Both the position numbers and the translations under genes were made by a program. Under the pieces are notes generated by a model. It was not told the DNA's origin. It did no database searches and saw only the letters and a list, made by a program, of their open reading frames with translations. This document shows positions 61,219 to 64,000 of a DNA stretch of 64,000 bases, piece by piece. Numbering within the stretch: position 1 is the first letter of the stretch; each line of letters opens with the position of its first letter. The DNA is taken from the IMG/VR virus record IMGVR_UViG_3300038441_001119, positions 148,353 through 212,352 of that record. One strand, written 5' to 3'.

Positions 61219-63236
61219 AGGGCAGAGAGTGCCAGAGCAGACGGATGAGTCAACATTATAAATGCGCTCTTTGTCTGTTCCTTCTTCTCGATGCTCTTCT
61301 GAATGGCGTACTCCTGTTTGTAGGCATCTTGTGGTTTCTTGTGCTTGCCGAGAATACGTTTACCATCCTTGGTGTACAGAACCCACTGGTTGCTTCCCAC
61401 TTGTTTAACCACAGCGGACTTCACTACATTGTCTTTGTAGAAGTTATCCATCTTGGAGAGATCAATACCGAACTTTGGTGCATAAGCGTATGGCTTGCTG
61501 TTGCTCCACGTCCTTGGATTCCACCATTTCCTTGTAGGATGTGCTGTCACAGGATAACCGGCATTTGGTAAGGCTTTGGTCCACACTTTGGCTGCGTCGT
61601 CACTTGTAGCGCCTCCTCTGTCAGAGTAGAACCACTTCCCTGCATTCCCTGCCTTGTAATCCCTGTATGCGTCCCGAATAGCGGCTCCGTACATCTTCTT
61701 ACCATAGCCCATGCCTCTCAACTTACCACTAAGACGCGACGATGAGATGTAAGTGTTGTTGTCTGCTTTATTGGTGAACGAAGCTAGGTGTCCTTTATGG
61801 ATGTCACCTACTGAAAGCTCATTGGTACGCCAGTTGGTGAGCCTGTTGGGATTAACAGGAGCTTCTGAGACCATTCTACGAATAAGACCAGCTCTTGCAG
61901 CTGCTTTCACCATTGATGCATTCAGATCGTCGTCAGTAGCTCTTACAGCAGGGATCTTCTTCCTGCCTTCGTCATTCGCCCGGTGGTATCTGTGTCTGCC
62001 ATCCACAAGGCTACCGTCTGGTCCAATAATGACAGGCTTTTTCGTATCCACTTTGTCATAACGTTTCTTGGAGTAACCAGTACGTTTGGAACGGTCTGGC
62101 CTTGGAATGTCTGAAAGCTTTGTGTGTACAGACTTCTGTTTCTTGAGCCTGTCATTCAATGCAAGGATGTCAATGTTGCGACCATCCTTCATCACTTTGG
62201 TATGCGTGGTGGTTGTCTTGACGTCAGCTGACTTTAACCGATCATACCCTTCGTAACCGGCGTACCCTGTTCCTGCCAAGCCTGCTGCACCAATAGGAGC
62301 ATCTCTATACCAGAATTTGTTCCTTGCCTTACGCAAAGCATCCATACCACTGATACCAGCTTTGGCAGCAGCTCTATATTCTTCTGAGCCTACTTGTCCT
62401 TTGATACCAGATCTACTGGCAACACGATCCATGATGCGGTCTCGTTCTGCCCTAACTTTTGCCCCATTTGCCGCTCTAGTACTACTGTACATCGCATTCA
62501 TGATTTCCTCACTAGCTCTGTATCGTTCCTCGCCCGGCAGCCATCCATCTAAACGGCGATCATTTGGAGGTTTTTGGAAATATCTAGGGGTGTGTTTTCT
62601 TTTACCGAACCCTTCAAATGGTGCATCAAAAGCGATACTGTCTCGACGACCGCCCGTATGGTGTTTTGATGGTCCATTTAATCGAGTAAAGTTCATCACA
62701 GGAACTCCCCAATCAGACTGTAAAGAACGTTGATCGGTTGTCCAAGAGTTGTCTGCATGAATAGTGGAGGAGTGTCTTGGATCCCCCATCTCAGTGCGCA
62801 TCTTACCTTTACGATCAAACTTGGAAGCCTGATCAAGTTGCTTACTGATGTCCTTAGACTGAGAGCCGAACAACTTAACCTTATCCAACTTCTTGTCCAC
62901 ATTATTGCGCCCAATAATGTCAGCAATAGATGGTTTCAATTTAGAACGAATTCCTTCTGCCTCCTTCAATGCGGGAGACAGTCTGGTAAGCAATTCTCGG
63001 AATCCAGCTTGCTTATTCATCAACACACCAATAGGAATGTCCCTGCGATTGGTATGTATCTTGAACTTGGTAGGAGTATGGGTCAATCCCATGTATTTAC
63101 CTTTAGGATCATCCACAAGCCAGTCCTTCGGAGATGCCTGCATTTGTTTACGCAGGATATCCGCCTTGGCTCCGTACTGCTTCTGATCAGACAACTGTTT
63201 GGCTCTCAGCAGCGCATATAGAACTGCTGGTTCCAT
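61215..63236 (-). CDS. polyvalent protein with ParB-like and GNAT domains (673 aa)
   Basis: KPVIIGPDGSLVDGRHRY (ParB N-terminal), LRGMGYGKKMY (GNAT motif A); domains separated by K-x-A motifs. Confidence 0.7.
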   Translation of the reverse strand: MEPAVLYALLRAKQLSDQKQYGAKADILRKQMQASPKDWLVDDPKGKYMGLTHTPTKFKIHTNRRDIPIGVLMNKQAGFRELLTRLSPALKEAEGIRSKLKPSIADIIGRNNVDKKLDKVKLFGSQSKDISKQLDQASKFDRKGKMRTEMGDPRHSSTIHADNSWTTDQRSLQSDWGVPVMNFTRLNGPSKHHTGGRRDSIAFDAPFEGFGKRKHTPRYFQKPPNDRRLDGWLPGEERYRASEEIMNAMYSSTRAANGAKVRAERDRIMDRVASRSGIKGQVGSEEYRAAAKAGISGMDALRKARNKFWYRDAPIGAAGLAGTGYAGYEGYDRLKSADVKTTTTHTKVMKDGRNIDILALNDRLKKQKSVHTKLSDIPRPDRSKRTGYSKKRYDKVDTKKPVIIGPDGSLVDGRHRYHRANDEGRKKIPAVRATDDDLNASMVKAAARAGLIRRMVSEAPVNPNRLTNWRTNELSVGDIHKGHLASFTNKADNNTYISSSRLSGKLRGMGYGKKMYGAAIRDAYRDYKAGNAGKWFYSDRGGATSDDAAKVWTKALPNAGYPVTAHPTRKWWNPRTWSNSKPYAYAPKFGIDLSKMDNFYKDNVVKSAVVKQVGSNQWVLYTKDGKRILGKHKKPQDAYKQEYAIQKSIEKKEQTKSAFIMLTHPSALALSAL

Positions 63237-64000
63237 TATGACATTCTCTGCATATAGTTCATGACCATATGAGGATTAGCGTTCTTGCCGTAGTTGAACA
63301 TAATGTCATTCACAACCGTAGGACTACTATATGAAGTAGAACCAGCACCTGCGTTCATCAAACCAATGTTCTTACGTGCTATTGCCTGATCCTTGAAATG
63401 ATAAGGACGCTGATGCAGATATGACTGCTTGGCTGCTTGAGAAAATTGTCCCATTTTACGCGTATCCCAAAGATGCTGCACATTGTCATTACGTAATGGT
63501 CCAGTAAGCTTACCCAGACCTTTATGCATTAACGTTCCGCCAAGTTCCGGATTAACATTTCGACCGAAGCTACTCAACACACCCCACCTATTGGCACTCT
63601 TGGTCAACCCAACAGACTGCATGATCTGCTTACCGGGAGAAATAGGTTTCTTCACTGGAGGCACTGTACCAAACGGAGAGTTACCTGTAACGCCTTGGTA
63701 AGCAGCCAAACCAACAGGAGCAGCAACAGCGGTACCCAGTCCAACATGCCCCAAGTTAATGTTTTGATGCCAAGGAGCCTTCGCAGGTGCGGCATTAACG
63801 TACATACTGTCCGGAAGAGTTTTGTTCTGGATAGCCCTCAGCATTGGGCTATTCTGCGGGTACAGTTGCGTCACACCGGGAGTGCTGGCAGGAGGTTGCC
63901 ATGCAGGAGTCCTAGGAAGTGGTGGCCTGTGCAGGACACCTGAGGGAGCCTTTGGAGGACGGACTCTTGAGAGCCACTTGCCGCGATTCACTTTACCAAT
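63236..64000 (-). CDS. Pro/Gly-rich probable internal-head protein, 5' end probably outside the window
   Basis: Frame is open up to the window edge; LTKSAN motif and GLGTAVAAPVGLAAY hydrophobic segment. Confidence 0.5.
   Translation of the reverse strand: MGKVNRGKWLSRVRPPKAPSGVLHRPPLPRTPAWQPPASTPGVTQLYPQNSPMLRAIQNKTLPDSMYVNAAPAKAPWHQNINLGHVGLGTAVAAPVGLAAYQGVTGNSPFGTVPPVKKPISPGKQIMQSVGLTKSANRWGVLSSFGRNVNPELGGTLMHKGLGKLTGPLRNDNVQHLWDTRKMGQFSQAAKQSYLHQRPYHFKDQAIARKNIGLMNAGAGSTSYSSPTVVNDIMFNYGKNANPHMVMNYMQRMS

Noticed and set aside
1-64000. Alternative genetic code (stop-codon reassignment)
   Set aside because: All large genes are uninterrupted in the standard code and tile with coupled TAA/TGA stops. 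TAG is rare as a stop, but nothing requires recoding.
1-64000. tRNA, rRNA, CRISPR array, intron, intein, transposase
   Set aside because: Intergenic gaps are at most about 140 nt and are explained by promoters and terminators; no cloverleaf, repeat-spacer array or splicing/transposase motif was seen by eye.

Overview
This 64 kb window is a gene-dense fragment of a large contractile-tailed dsDNA phage (myovirus morphology, Caudoviricetes). It reads cleanly in the standard genetic code, and almost all genes lie on the minus strand. The left part (1-16.7 kb) is accessory: small hypothetical genes, an isolated plus-strand terminase large subunit, a four-gene array of divergent beta-solenoid proteins sharing a C-terminal octapeptide, and a probable host-takeover/anti-defence operon (BCS1-like AAA+, a 50-aa RNR-tail-like micro-ORF, Apyc1-like metallo-beta-lactamase, DarG-like macrodomain, CoaB-aldolase fusion, two lipoproteins, MYG1-like nuclease). 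An isolated plus-strand Zn-ribbon primase-like gene follows. The 19.3-52.7 kb region is the virion module: baseplate with an embedded sigma-70-family factor, tape measure, chaperones with a -1 slippery site, spike, tube, sheath, neck, major capsid, decoration, scaffold and prohead protease. The 54-64 kb region encodes probable internal-head cargo proteins. The two best candidates for an undescribed system are (i) a hydrophobic-x-K-x-A motif code with T4-CTS-like 10-aa leaders that marks head and cargo proteins and separates the domains of cargo polyproteins, and (ii) the C-terminally tagged beta-solenoid array next to a membrane-anchored AAA+ ATPase. I found no portal, rRNA, tRNA, CRISPR array, intron or transposase. 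All functional calls come from motifs read by eye; no database search was run.
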